A DNA stretch of 64,000 nt from Candidatus Binatia bacterium (GTDB lineage: Bacteria > Desulfobacterota > Binatia > Bin18), in NCBI GenBank assembly GCA_965231765.1, contig OZ246887.1, positions 2,444,538-2,508,537 of the forward strand, in the 5' to 3' direction. Position 1 is the first letter of the stretch. Each line of letters opens with the position of its first letter. Positions 1 through 8,940 of the stretch are shown piece after piece. The notes beneath the pieces are model-generated. The model was not told where the DNA came from, ran no database searches, and saw only the letters and a program-made list of their open reading frames with translations. Position numbers and translations under genes: made by a program.

Positions 1-1085
1 ACCTGGCCGTCCGTCTGATGCAAAACAACAAGGTTCGTGTTTGCATCCGCCTGAACCATCAAGGGACTATGGGAAGTGACAATGAATTGCGCATTGGGAA
101 AGTGTTGAGACAGGTCTGCCATAATCTGACGTTGCCAACGTGGATGGAGGTGAAGGTCAATCTCATCGACGAGGACGATAGCTGGTTTAGCCAAAGGATT
201 CGGGCTGCGAGGATAACGTTCATAGAGACGCGAAGCCAAGTCAACCGTCCAGGCTAGTGTTGTTTGGTAGCCGAGACTGAGGCCTGAAAGCGGAACACGC
301 CCATAGGGCGTTTTGAATCGGACTCCGCTTGGTTCGTCGGGGAGTCCCAAGACTTTTGGTCCTAAGATATGGATGTCTTCTTCATTTTGAATATCAGGTA
401 GGATAGCGGCAAGGATTCGTTCAATCCGTTGTAAGCGTTTCTCATTCCGCGGCTTCTTACTTTTCTTCGCGAGATAGTCAAGGTTTAGCAAGATTTTCTC
501 AGCATCGTAAAGTTCTGTTGAATCCGAGAACAGTGAAGCCAGGGGATCGGAAAGATCAGCATTCTCCAGATTTGAGAAGCCCATGCGACGGGCGGCACCG
601 TAGGCGAATATCGGAAGATCGAGAAAAGGTGCATCTGGGAGAAGATTGTCCGTTGGTACCCGTTCTTGAAGCACTCCATTGCTGCCCAACATTCGGACGC
701 TGGTCTCTATCTTTTGGACCCCGTGTTTGTGTCGTGTTCCTAATGTTTGACCCGTACTGAGGGTTGCCTTGAGATCAAGTTGGACTTCCGCGCCTATCCG
801 AAGAAGCGAATTCCACACCTCATTTTCTTCAGAATCTAAGGCTGGTGCGATAGTATCGAGTTCGCTACTGTCTGGAGAATTTGAAGCTAGCACAGGCCGC
901 ATCCAGGCCAAACATTGCAGCAGCGTTGTCTTACCAACACCATTATCTCCAAGGATTAATGTCCATTGAGCAAGCCTGCCCTCATCATCTGTGAGGTCGA
1001 GAATCTGGCGTTCTCCAAAGCAGCGGACATTTTCCAGCTCAAGGGAGCTAAAATAGATAGGCGGTTGCTGTGGAGAACTGGCCAT
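1..1085 (-). CDS. AAA_21/ABC-type ATPase (SMC/RecF-like), partial. The N-terminus is in the window; the C-terminus runs past the window start.
   Basis: My manual reverse-complement translation of 1085..1 has no stop codons, at least 361 aa. Motifs are Walker A GDNGVGKTTLLQ, Walker B/D-loop IVLVDEIDLHLHP, and H-loop TSHSP. A GGAGGAG Shine-Dalgarno sits about 10 nt upstream of the ATG at 1085. The ORF track did not list it because the stop is outside the window. Confidence 0.6.
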   Translation of the reverse strand, partial: MASSPQQPPIYFSSLELENVRCFGERQILDLTDDEGRLAQWTLILGDNGVGKTTLLQCLAWMRPVLASNSPDSSELDTIAPALDSEENEVWNSLLRIGAEVQLDLKATLSTGQTLGTRHKHGVQKIETSVRMLGSNGVLQERVPTDNLLPDAPFLDLPIFAYGAARRMGFSNLENADLSDPLASLFSDSTELYDAEKILLNLDYLAKKSKKPRNEKRLQRIERILAAILPDIQNEEDIHILGPKVLGLPDEPSGVRFKTPYGRVPLSGLSLGYQTTLAWTVDLASRLYERYPRSPNPLAKPAIVLVDEIDLHLHPRWQRQIMADLSQHFPNAQFIVTSHSPLMVQADANTNLVVLHQTDGQ

Positions 1086-1104
1086 GGACTTTTATCTCCT
1101 CCCC

Positions 1105-2220
1105 CTACTCCACCGCAAACCCATACAGCCTGGCCGCATTTTCGTACACAATCTTCCGTTTGTCCTCTTCCGGAATGCCTTGGAACTCGCGGGCAATAAA
1201 TTCCTGGGTATGGGGAAAGGTCGAAGCCTGGTGCGGGTAGTCGGTGGACCACATGAAATTATTGGCCCCGTCAATATGGTGATAGGTCTTGAGGCCGAGC
1301 GGGTCATCAATAAAAGTCGCATACACCTGGCGCTGGAAGTATTCACTTGGCTTGAGCGACAGAGTCACCTCATAGCCTTGCTTAAAACGTCGGTAGTATT
1401 TATCGGCCCGCTCTAACAGATGCGGGACCCAGGCTAAATCATTCTCGGCTGAGACAAGTTTCAGATGGGGATAACGCTCCAGGACGCCGGAAAAGATCAG
1501 CGTCAGCAACGACTCTTGAATCTCATGCGGCCGAACAATCATACGCACATACAGTTCGGCCAAGTTCGATTCGTCTTGCTGGCTGTTCTTGCCGCGACCA
1601 GTCGCCAAATGCAAGGACAGCGGCATTTCCAATTCCTGGGCTGCAGCCCAGAAGGACTCGTACAACGGTGAACTATACGGCTGCTCCTCTGGTGGCGAGG
1701 CCCAAATCATGCCGCCTTTCAGGCCCATTTTTTTGCAACGCTCAAGCTCCTGGCGGCCGCGCTCGGGATCAAACAGCGGAATCAGTCCCAGACCGGCAAA
1801 CCGGCTGGGATCATAACTGCAAAACTCAGCTAACCAGTCATTGTAGACCCGAAAGCTGGCCTCCTGGAGCGCAGCATCTTTCAGCCAGAAAAGGACAAAC
1901 GCGCAGGTTGTGTACAGGACCTCAGCGTGCACTCCATCTCGTTCAATGTCTTTGATGCGTTCAGCCGGGTCCCAGCCGCCGGGTAAGGCACTTTCCATGC
2001 CGGCTTCCAGAAACTTCTGATCAAACGTCTGACCAGCGGCAAACGCTCCAGACACCCGAAATGGAGGCAGATCTTCACACACAAAGAATGCGCCTTTTTT
2101 GCCGTCAGGATCTTTGACTACACGTGGAGCACGGTCGCGAAACTGTTTGTCAATTCGCTCGACCCACAGTTGGGGCGGCTCACACATATGCGAGTCGGCA
2201 GAAATGATTTTCTGGGACAT
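1105..2220 (-). CDS. amidohydrolase-2 family (ACMSD-like metal-dependent hydrolase/decarboxylase)
   Basis: 371 aa. It has the N-terminal ISADSHM metal-binding motif and overall amidohydrolase_2-like (PF04909) sequence. It ends 19 nt upstream of the ATPase start on the same strand. Confidence 0.75.
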   Translation of the reverse strand: MSQKIISADSHMCEPPQLWVERIDKQFRDRAPRVVKDPDGKKGAFFVCEDLPPFRVSGAFAAGQTFDQKFLEAGMESALPGGWDPAERIKDIERDGVHAEVLYTTCAFVLFWLKDAALQEASFRVYNDWLAEFCSYDPSRFAGLGLIPLFDPERGRQELERCKKMGLKGGMIWASPPEEQPYSSPLYESFWAAAQELEMPLSLHLATGRGKNSQQDESNLAELYVRMIVRPHEIQESLLTLIFSGVLERYPHLKLVSAENDLAWVPHLLERADKYYRRFKQGYEVTLSLKPSEYFQRQVYATFIDDPLGLKTYHHIDGANNFMWSTDYPHQASTFPHTQEFIAREFQGIPEEDKRKIVYENAARLYGFAVE

Positions 2221-2328
2221 CGGCAGTTCTCCTTACATCAGCTAGTCGTCGTCGGCTCTCAGCCGTCAGCCAAAACAGGAACTGCTCGAAACAGTCTTTG
2301 CTGAAGCTGACGGCTGAGAGCTATCTTT

Positions 2329-2868
2329 TCAGACTTCCAGTTCGATGACCTTGTCGTCACGTTTACTCATGTTGATGTTTTCAACATACGGCCGCACGGC
2401 ACTGGCCCGCTCGATCTTGCCTTCGAGTTCTTCGGCTGGGCTGGTTCCCTCACCGGTATCTTTACGGGTGACATTAATAAACTGGCACTCTGATCCGAGC
2501 GTCAGCGCATTGTGCCAGGTGCCTTTGTAGATAAACGCAGCTTGACCGGGGTCAACCACGAATGCCGCAATTTTGTCGTAGTCGAGTTCATACCCCGCGG
2601 GACCGGCTTCGCGGTTCGTCGGCGGTGGGGCGACAACCAGGACCATCGAACCCTGGACCGGAATAAAGGTCTGATTATAGGAGAAATGGATCGCCATCTG
2701 GTCCATACGATTGGCGTTGGCCCGATATTTAAAGCGCAGCAGCTCCATTGCCACCTTGCCTTTTTCGGTTTCTGGATAGATGAGCTTTTTGCTTTGGAGC
2801 AGTTTACCGTAGGGTTCAAAGGATTCCGACGTAAGGGGCTGAAGTTTGACTTTGATCGTTTGTTCCAT
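2329..2868 (-). CDS. ureidoglycolate lyase-like cupin protein
   Basis: The internal ATG at 2868 is preceded by AGGAGGA. The product aligns by eye to AllA: LTSESFEPYG, NQTFIPVQGSMVLVV, YKGTWHNAL. Confidence 0.55.
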   Translation of the reverse strand: MEQTIKVKLQPLTSESFEPYGKLLQSKKLIYPETEKGKVAMELLRFKYRANANRMDQMAIHFSYNQTFIPVQGSMVLVVAPPPTNREAGPAGYELDYDKIAAFVVDPGQAAFIYKGTWHNALTLGSECQFINVTRKDTGEGTSPAEELEGKIERASAVRPYVENINMSKRDDKVIELEV

Positions 2869-3106
2869 GCTGTTCCTCCTGCCCTCCCCGGCTATCACTG
2901 GGGAGGCGAGACTGTCAAGACATTCAGGCAGGAGGAGACAAGGACCACGCAGAGACACGTGAGACAGGGTTATTTCGTGAGCGTGGTAACGTCGTACGGC
3001 CGCAAAAAACCAGACGGTCGGGTGGGTGGCGAGGCTGAATCTGAGGCCCTAGACAGCAAAAGCGGGTGCTGACAATATAGCCGCCGGCACTTAGGAGGAG
3101 ATTGAG

Positions 3107-4309
3107 ATGTCTTGCTTATTACGTCTGAGTTTCATTGGGCTCCTCGTCCTGGGCCCGGTTCTCGCGCACGCCCAGCGAGGGGTTCTGGAGAGTCCAGGTG
3201 CCGGGGCCAAACTGTCGGGCATAGGGTTTATCGCGGGTTGGAAGTGTGACGCCGGGACCCTCACCGTCACCCTCAACGATGGCGACTCCATACCTCTGGC
3301 GTCCGGGCTGTCGCGGGCCGATACCAGCTCCGTTTGCGGAACGCCGCTCACCGGCTTTATCACCCAAATCAACTGGGCGACCCTCGGCAATGGCACCCAT
3401 ACAGCAAAAGTCTACGATAACGGGGTCCTGTTTGCCCAGAGCACCTTTGAAGTCGCGACCCTGGGGGAAGAGTTTGTGCGTGGAGCCCGGGCGCGGGTGC
3501 AGGTCCCGAACTTCCCGTCGCCTGGGGAGAGCATGATCTTTGAGTGGAATGAGAGTACCCAACACCTGGAGCTGGTCCAGGAGCCAATGCCCCCACCCCT
3601 CGCGGTGGAGACGCTGCAGAACAGCTTCGGGATGAACTTCGTGCTGATCGAGGCGGGGACCTTCCTGATGGGGTCGAATGATGCAGCCTCTGATCCCGAT
3701 GAACGGCCTGTCCATCAGGTAGAGATCAGCCAGCCGTTTTACCTCGGGCAGCACGAAGTCACCCAAGAGCAATGGCACGCGGTGATGGGGGACCGGCCGT
3801 CACTGTTCTCCTCCTGTGGCTTTGACTGCCCAGTGGAGCATATCTCCTGGAACGAGGTGCAGACCTTTATCCAGCGGCTGAACGCGCTGGCGGGGGGCTT
3901 CATCTACCGGCTGCCGACCGAAGCCGAGTGGGAGTATGCGGCCCGAGCGGGGACGCAGACGGCGTACAGTTTTGGAGATGAGGTGGACGATTTGGAGACG
4001 TATGCCTGGTACGACGACAATGCGGGGGATGAGACCCATCCGGTGGGGCAGAAGCAACCGAATGGGTGGGGGCTGTACGACATGCACGGCAACGTGTGGG
4101 AGTGGGTGTCGGACAAGTATGGGAGGGATACCTACTCCGCTGACCCGGTCATCGACCCGACCGGCCCTTCCGAGGGCTTCTGGCAGATCATGCGCGGCGG
4201 GAGCTGGCGCAGCCCCGCCCGCACGTGCCGCTCTGCGTATCGCGACGTCGGTTCGCAAGACTATCGCTCCGTCACCGTCGGCTTTCGCCTGGTGATAGCG
4301 TTCCCCTGA
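3107..4309 (+). CDS. secreted FGE-sulfatase (SUMF1/EgtB/PvdO) domain protein with an uncharacterised ~150-aa N-terminal domain
   Basis: Signal peptide MSCLLRLSFIGLLVLGPVLAHA. The C-terminal half carries FGE-sulfatase hallmarks (RLPTEAEWEYAARAG, GNVWEWVSD, RGGSWRS). GGAGGAG lies upstream of the ATG. Confidence 0.8.
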   Translation: MSCLLRLSFIGLLVLGPVLAHAQRGVLESPGAGAKLSGIGFIAGWKCDAGTLTVTLNDGDSIPLASGLSRADTSSVCGTPLTGFITQINWATLGNGTHTAKVYDNGVLFAQSTFEVATLGEEFVRGARARVQVPNFPSPGESMIFEWNESTQHLELVQEPMPPPLAVETLQNSFGMNFVLIEAGTFLMGSNDAASDPDERPVHQVEISQPFYLGQHEVTQEQWHAVMGDRPSLFSSCGFDCPVEHISWNEVQTFIQRLNALAGGFIYRLPTEAEWEYAARAGTQTAYSFGDEVDDLETYAWYDDNAGDETHPVGQKQPNGWGLYDMHGNVWEWVSDKYGRDTYSADPVIDPTGPSEGFWQIMRGGSWRSPARTCRSAYRDVGSQDYRSVTVGFRLVIAFP

Positions 4310-4459
4310 GCATTGGGGCTGTGTGAGGCTGTGTGGTATTGGGGTGTGAGCAGCCTGAGGACGAGGCCGCCGAGCATGGCGTCCCCGTAAGCGCGGGTCC
4401 GGTAATATGGTGAAACCACGCAAACCGAGCTTGTTTTGAGGCTGACGCGAAACCACGCT

Positions 4460-4800
4460 ACCCATACGTGGTCGAAAAAACCGTATCAGTCAGCCAGCGC
4501 CGAAAGCTTTCGTTGTCACTAAACTGTTTAAACAGCTCGGTGTCATCTCTCATCAGCTCGGTGATTACCCGCCCCAGCGCTTTATCATGTTCGATCCGGG
4601 CCAAAAAACTGGTAGGTCGCGTAATCCTTTGGCACCGGACCTCGTCGGCTCTTCTCTGGTGCGTAGAGGGGCGGAATCTCTTCCGCCATCATGGCCTTAC
4701 CTCACATCTCCGATAATCTCATCCAACAACCCCTCGGTTTCCTTCTCCAGGGCCAGGATGTCGGCGCGAATCTCCTCTAGCGTGCAGAGTTCCGTGTCTC
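4460..4800 (-). pseudogene. frameshifted relic of a type I restriction enzyme R-subunit C-terminus (second hsdR)
   Basis: On the minus strand, one frame gives ...TELCTLEEIRADILALEKETEGLLDEIIGDVR* and another gives ...IEHDKALGRVITELMRDDTELFKQFSDNESFRRWLTDTVFSTTYG*. Both resemble the HsdR C-terminal (DUF3387-like) tail motif F..WL.D.VF. There is no start codon, and stops/frameshifts separate the pieces. Confidence 0.35.
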
Positions 4801-5675
4801 TACTCAGCCGTCGGCCCAATCCCTATCACGGTCGTGCGATGCATGACCCGGCGGTAGGTGGCTTTGTCCCACGGTCGGCCACGGTGCAGACAGCAGCGAT
4901 TATCCCAAATGACAAAGTCCTTGGGCTGCCACTTGTGCGTATACGTGTATGGCGCTTGCACGGAGAATGCTGTCAGCTGTTTCAGAAGAGCCCGGCCTTC
5001 CTCAACGGGTAGACCTCGGATGCATGAGGCATGCGCTCCGGTGTAAAAGTTCTTTCGGCCATTAGCCGGATTGGTCCGGACGACGGCTTGCGGAACGGGC
5101 GGGGTCTCACGTTTTTGCTCTTCTGTCATCGCGGTCGGGTCAATCAAACTGCGCGAATAAGCAAAGTCGTGGATCGCGACATAGTGTTCAATGCGCCGCT
5201 TCAACTCTGCGGCTAAATCAACGTAGGCTGCGCGTTGACTCGCAAACTCAGTATCGCCACCGCTGAGTGGAACTTCTCGACCGGATAACATGGAAGCGGT
5301 GGCCGGTACACGTTTGAAGGAGCTGTCGGTGTGCCACATTTCATTGCCGGAGTTAAAGATCATGCGTGTATCGGTCGGGGGGATAATGACGCCCTGTCGA
5401 TCGAGATTGGAGAGAACAGCGATGGGGGTACCTGCTCCGGGATTTTGCACAACAGTTTTTTCGAGTCCAGGGAAATCGCCTAACTCTGCGAAGCGCTGGC
5501 TAAACCGAATCTGCTGCTCGTCAGTCATGTCCTGACCGTGGAACACCAGGACGGAGTACTCGTTGAAGAGCTTGACGACCTGGGTGATGTCCTCGTCATT
5601 GACTCCAGCTGCGATATCAATGCCGGAGATTTCTGCGGCAAATGCGTCGGTGAGTTGGCTAAACGTGACAGTCAT
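4800..5675 (-). CDS. TauD/TfdA family Fe(II)/2-oxoglutarate-dependent dioxygenase
   Basis: 291 aa. Typical TauD N-terminus (FAAEISGIDIA) and HTDSSF iron-binding region. Confidence 0.85.
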   Translation of the reverse strand: MTVTFSQLTDAFAAEISGIDIAAGVNDEDITQVVKLFNEYSVLVFHGQDMTDEQQIRFSQRFAELGDFPGLEKTVVQNPGAGTPIAVLSNLDRQGVIIPPTDTRMIFNSGNEMWHTDSSFKRVPATASMLSGREVPLSGGDTEFASQRAAYVDLAAELKRRIEHYVAIHDFAYSRSLIDPTAMTEEQKRETPPVPQAVVRTNPANGRKNFYTGAHASCIRGLPVEEGRALLKQLTAFSVQAPYTYTHKWQPKDFVIWDNRCCLHRGRPWDKATYRRVMHRTTVIGIGPTAE

Positions 5676-5787
5676 ACCGTGTGTCCTCGCTCGCGTCTTT
5701 TGGGCCTATATATACCGGATTGCGCATGCTGGGTACATGGGCGTGAGAGGAGCCCCGTCTATCGGTCTCTCGGAAAATCTGTAAGAC

Positions 5788-6216
5788 TTGGACGCGAAAT
5801 CTGCTACGGAGACGTCACCTTTGAAAAAAACATACATTCGGTCCCTCGTTGTATGGCTCCTGCTGTGCTGGCCTGCGGCGGGATTTGGGCAGCCTCAGAG
5901 ACCACAGGATTTTTTGGCCATACCTGAGCCAACGTCAGAGTATGTGAAGTATGAGGGAACGCTGATCTGCTTTCGGTGCGATGTCGCAGCAACGCCCGGG
6001 AGCCGTGCGCGATGTGACAGAGAAGGCCATGCCGCATTGCTGAAAAGAGAAGGCGCGCATACGCAGAAGCTGTATGGCAGTAAACATTCCATCACCGAAA
6101 AACTCAGCTCGGAAGAATTGCACGGCAAAAAGGTAAAGATCGAAGGGATCTATGACAGCGAGAACAATTGGCTCATGGTAGACAAGGTCGAGCTGGCAGA
6201 ACGCGAAGACAACTGA
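5788..6216 (+). CDS. small secreted Cys-containing hypothetical protein
   Basis: Signal-peptide-like KKTYIRSLVVWLLLCWPAAGFG. The start is a TTG at 5788, or a TTG at about 5821 with GGAG upstream. No family recognised. Confidence 0.4.
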   Translation: MDAKSATETSPLKKTYIRSLVVWLLLCWPAAGFGQPQRPQDFLAIPEPTSEYVKYEGTLICFRCDVAATPGSRARCDREGHAALLKREGAHTQKLYGSKHSITEKLSSEELHGKKVKIEGIYDSENNWLMVDKVELAEREDN

Positions 6217-6408
6217 CTCAAGACCGCCCAAGACCGCTCTCTTGTGAGCCGCCAGGAGCCATAAGCGTTACACAAATTGCAATATTTGTCTGCAAAAATC
6301 ATCCGCAAAATCGGTTGTCACCGATGCCAGCGATGCCAACGCCGTTGAAGCTTTGGCGAACCAAGCCCGGGCGGTGTTCGGCGGCGTCATCGAATGGTCA
6401 GGAGCACT

Positions 6409-7356
6409 ATGAATGAGCTGATTTTGCATCATTACGACATCTCCAACTTCTCCGAAAAAGTGCGCTTGATCTTAGGCTTCAAGGAGCTGAGTTGGTCCTC
6501 CGTTCAGATTCCGGCCACCGCCCCGAAACCGGACTATACACCCTTGACGGGCGGCTACCGCCGTACACCGGCCTTGCAAATTGGCGCCGACATCTATTGT
6601 GACACCCGTTTAATCGCCGATATCTTGGAAGAGATCGAACCGACTCCAAGCCTCTTCCCCGGTCCCAATCCCGCCTATACACGGGCACTCAGCGATGGCC
6701 TGGCCGCTTGGGCGGAGAGCCAACTGCTCTGGCCGCTCGCGCTGTATATCACTGGTATCAATGCAGATCGTTTCCCGACTCAATTCCACGCAGATCGTGC
6801 CCGCCTGCACGGCAAACCACCACCGAGCGTCGAACGGGTCACGGCCTCAGCTCGGAAAAATCTCGCTCAAATGCGGCCACATCTTTTGCGCCTGGGCGAC
6901 CTCTTGTCTGGGGGACAGGCGTTCCTTCTGGGCGACCAACCAGGTCTTGCCGACTTCACTGCGTACCACATAATGTGGTTTCTGGAGACAATTGGCGGCC
7001 CCAGTGATTTACTCGATCAGCAGCCACACACGTCACAGCTGCGCGCCTGGATGGAGCGGGTGAATGCAATCGGCCACGGCAATTCAACCGAAATGAGTCC
7101 ACGCCAAGCGCTCGACTGCGCGCTGAATGCGGCACCTGCGGAATTACCTGCTCCACCAGACTATGATGCGCCGGAGGGCGTCACGCTTGGCGACGCTGTT
7201 ACAGTCAGTCCGTTAGGCGAGGACTCACCCGCTACTGGCCGCCTGGTCTATCACGACGACGACCGCATTGTGTTGCGCTGTACACACCAGCGGGTTGGTG
7301 AAGTCAACGTGCATTTCCCCAGGATTGCCTATCGGGTTCGTCGTGGTATGCAATAG
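6409..7356 (+). CDS. glutathione S-transferase family protein
   Basis: GST N-terminal thioredoxin-like fold (LILHHYDISNFSEKVRLILGFKEL). CAGGAG lies 6 nt before the ATG at 6409. Confidence 0.7.
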   Translation: MNELILHHYDISNFSEKVRLILGFKELSWSSVQIPATAPKPDYTPLTGGYRRTPALQIGADIYCDTRLIADILEEIEPTPSLFPGPNPAYTRALSDGLAAWAESQLLWPLALYITGINADRFPTQFHADRARLHGKPPPSVERVTASARKNLAQMRPHLLRLGDLLSGGQAFLLGDQPGLADFTAYHIMWFLETIGGPSDLLDQQPHTSQLRAWMERVNAIGHGNSTEMSPRQALDCALNAAPAELPAPPDYDAPEGVTLGDAVTVSPLGEDSPATGRLVYHDDDRIVLRCTHQRVGEVNVHFPRIAYRVRRGMQ

Positions 7357-7410
7357 GCAAAAATCGGAGATTGGGTTGGCTATCCCGAAGACATTCATAA
7401 GGAGACTGAG

Positions 7411-8490
7411 ATGAAATTTGGCATCTGTGTTGCCACTAAAATTGACGACTGGCAGCTGATCAAAGAGGCTGAGGATCTTGGCTATGACTGCGCGTGGGTA
7501 CCGGACTCACAGATGATCTGGTCGGACTGCTATGCCACGCTGGCGTTGGCGGCTTACCATACGTCGCGGATTCAACTCGGCACCGGCGTTGCCATTCCAG
7601 GGACGCGGATTGCGCCGGTGACCGCTCATTCGATTGCGTCGATTAACCGCCTTGCGCCTGGCCGGGTCTTCCTTGGCGTTGGCACCGGGCATACGGCCAT
7701 GCGGGTGATGGGCATGGAGCCGATGAAAATTCGAGACTTTCGGGAATATCTCCGGGTTATCAAAACGCTCCTGAGCGGAGAAGAAGTTGACTACACCCGA
7801 GACGGAGAAACGCGGACGATCCGTTTCCTGCATCGTGATCTCGGCTTTATCAATCTTGATGATGCCATTCCAATCTATGTTGCGGCCAACGCGCCACGCG
7901 CACTCAAAGCCGTTGGAGAGTTTGGGGACGGTCTGGTCTTTTTTGGCGAACAACCGGACCGAGTCCATAGCTATCATCTCCCCTTAATACGAGAAGGCGC
8001 GCAACGGGTCGGACGCAGCCTGAATACAGATTTTCGTATGGCAACATTCAATACTGCCGTGGTGCTTCAGCCTGGGGAGGCGGTCAATTCAGAGCGGGTC
8101 ATTGACGAATGTGGCTCGATGGTGTCGTGCATTCTGCATTATGTCTACGAGATCTACACAAAAACACCGAGCGAAGAGGTCGTGCCCCAATATTTCAAGC
8201 CGATCTGGGAAGAGTATTGCGCCTATGTGGATGCCATGCAGACGCCACGAGAGAAGCGCTATATGCAGATACATAATGGCCACTGTACCTTCTTAGTCCC
8301 GGAAGAGCGGCGCTTCATCACCGCTGAGGCGATACAGGGTTCGTGCCTGGTCGGTGAGCCGGCCGAGATTATTAATAAGGTTCGGGAGGCGGAGAAAGCA
8401 GGCCTGCAAGAAATTACCCTGCTTCCACCCATGGCGTCTGCACGTAAGGTATTTGGAGACTTTGCTGAGCACGTGATCAAAGCCTATTAG
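7411..8490 (+). CDS. LLM-class (luciferase-like) flavin/F420-dependent oxidoreductase
   Basis: 359 aa with the MKFGICVATKIDDW...GYDCAWVPDSQ TIM-barrel N-terminus typical of LLM/F420 enzymes. AAGGAGA Shine-Dalgarno. Confidence 0.85.
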   Translation: MKFGICVATKIDDWQLIKEAEDLGYDCAWVPDSQMIWSDCYATLALAAYHTSRIQLGTGVAIPGTRIAPVTAHSIASINRLAPGRVFLGVGTGHTAMRVMGMEPMKIRDFREYLRVIKTLLSGEEVDYTRDGETRTIRFLHRDLGFINLDDAIPIYVAANAPRALKAVGEFGDGLVFFGEQPDRVHSYHLPLIREGAQRVGRSLNTDFRMATFNTAVVLQPGEAVNSERVIDECGSMVSCILHYVYEIYTKTPSEEVVPQYFKPIWEEYCAYVDAMQTPREKRYMQIHNGHCTFLVPEERRFITAEAIQGSCLVGEPAEIINKVREAEKAGLQEITLLPPMASARKVFGDFAEHVIKAY

Positions 8491-8598
8491 CGCTCTGACC
8501 GAAGAAAGACTAGGTCTACATGAAAAAATCAAAAGCAAAAACCCAGCGCTTAAGCGCCTATCAGCATATCATTTGGGACTGGAATGGAACTCTAGCAC

Positions 8599-8847
8599 TT
8601 ACTGATTCGCCCGCTTGATACGATTGATCGCCCGGCGACAGGCTGTTTGGTCGCTAATACCAGGAGCACGTTTCTTTTCGGCAGCGATGAGCCGAGCGAC
8701 TTGCTGACGATCGTTGAGGCACATGTTCAATAACGCCTTATACGTAGACGTGCTCCTCCCCCTAGACAATCCGAACCACTTGCGTCTGTTCCGAAATCCA
8801 AGATACGCAATCACAACCAAAAGGATGAACCCTAATTCAACAGGCAT
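8599..8847 (-). CDS. small membrane-anchored basic protein, unknown function
   Basis: One N-terminal TM helix (LGFILLVVIAYLGF) followed by a basic tail. The second ATG has AGAAGG at optimal spacing. Confidence 0.4.
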   Translation of the reverse strand: MPVELGFILLVVIAYLGFRNRRKWFGLSRGRSTSTYKALLNMCLNDRQQVARLIAAEKKRAPGISDQTACRRAINRIKRANQ

Positions 8848-8940
8848 GGGCATCCTTCTATTATGACCAGAGAACAGCCGACAACAAACAGAATCGGAGA
8901 AGAGAACAGATATTTTAGATTGATGAGAACCTATAATGCA

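Noticed and set aside
4310-4440. Short direct repeats (gctgtgtg, gaaaccacgc) in the gap after the FGE gene
   Set aside because: They are too short and irregular to call a repeat element. They are probably decayed sequence associated with the adjacent hsdR relic.
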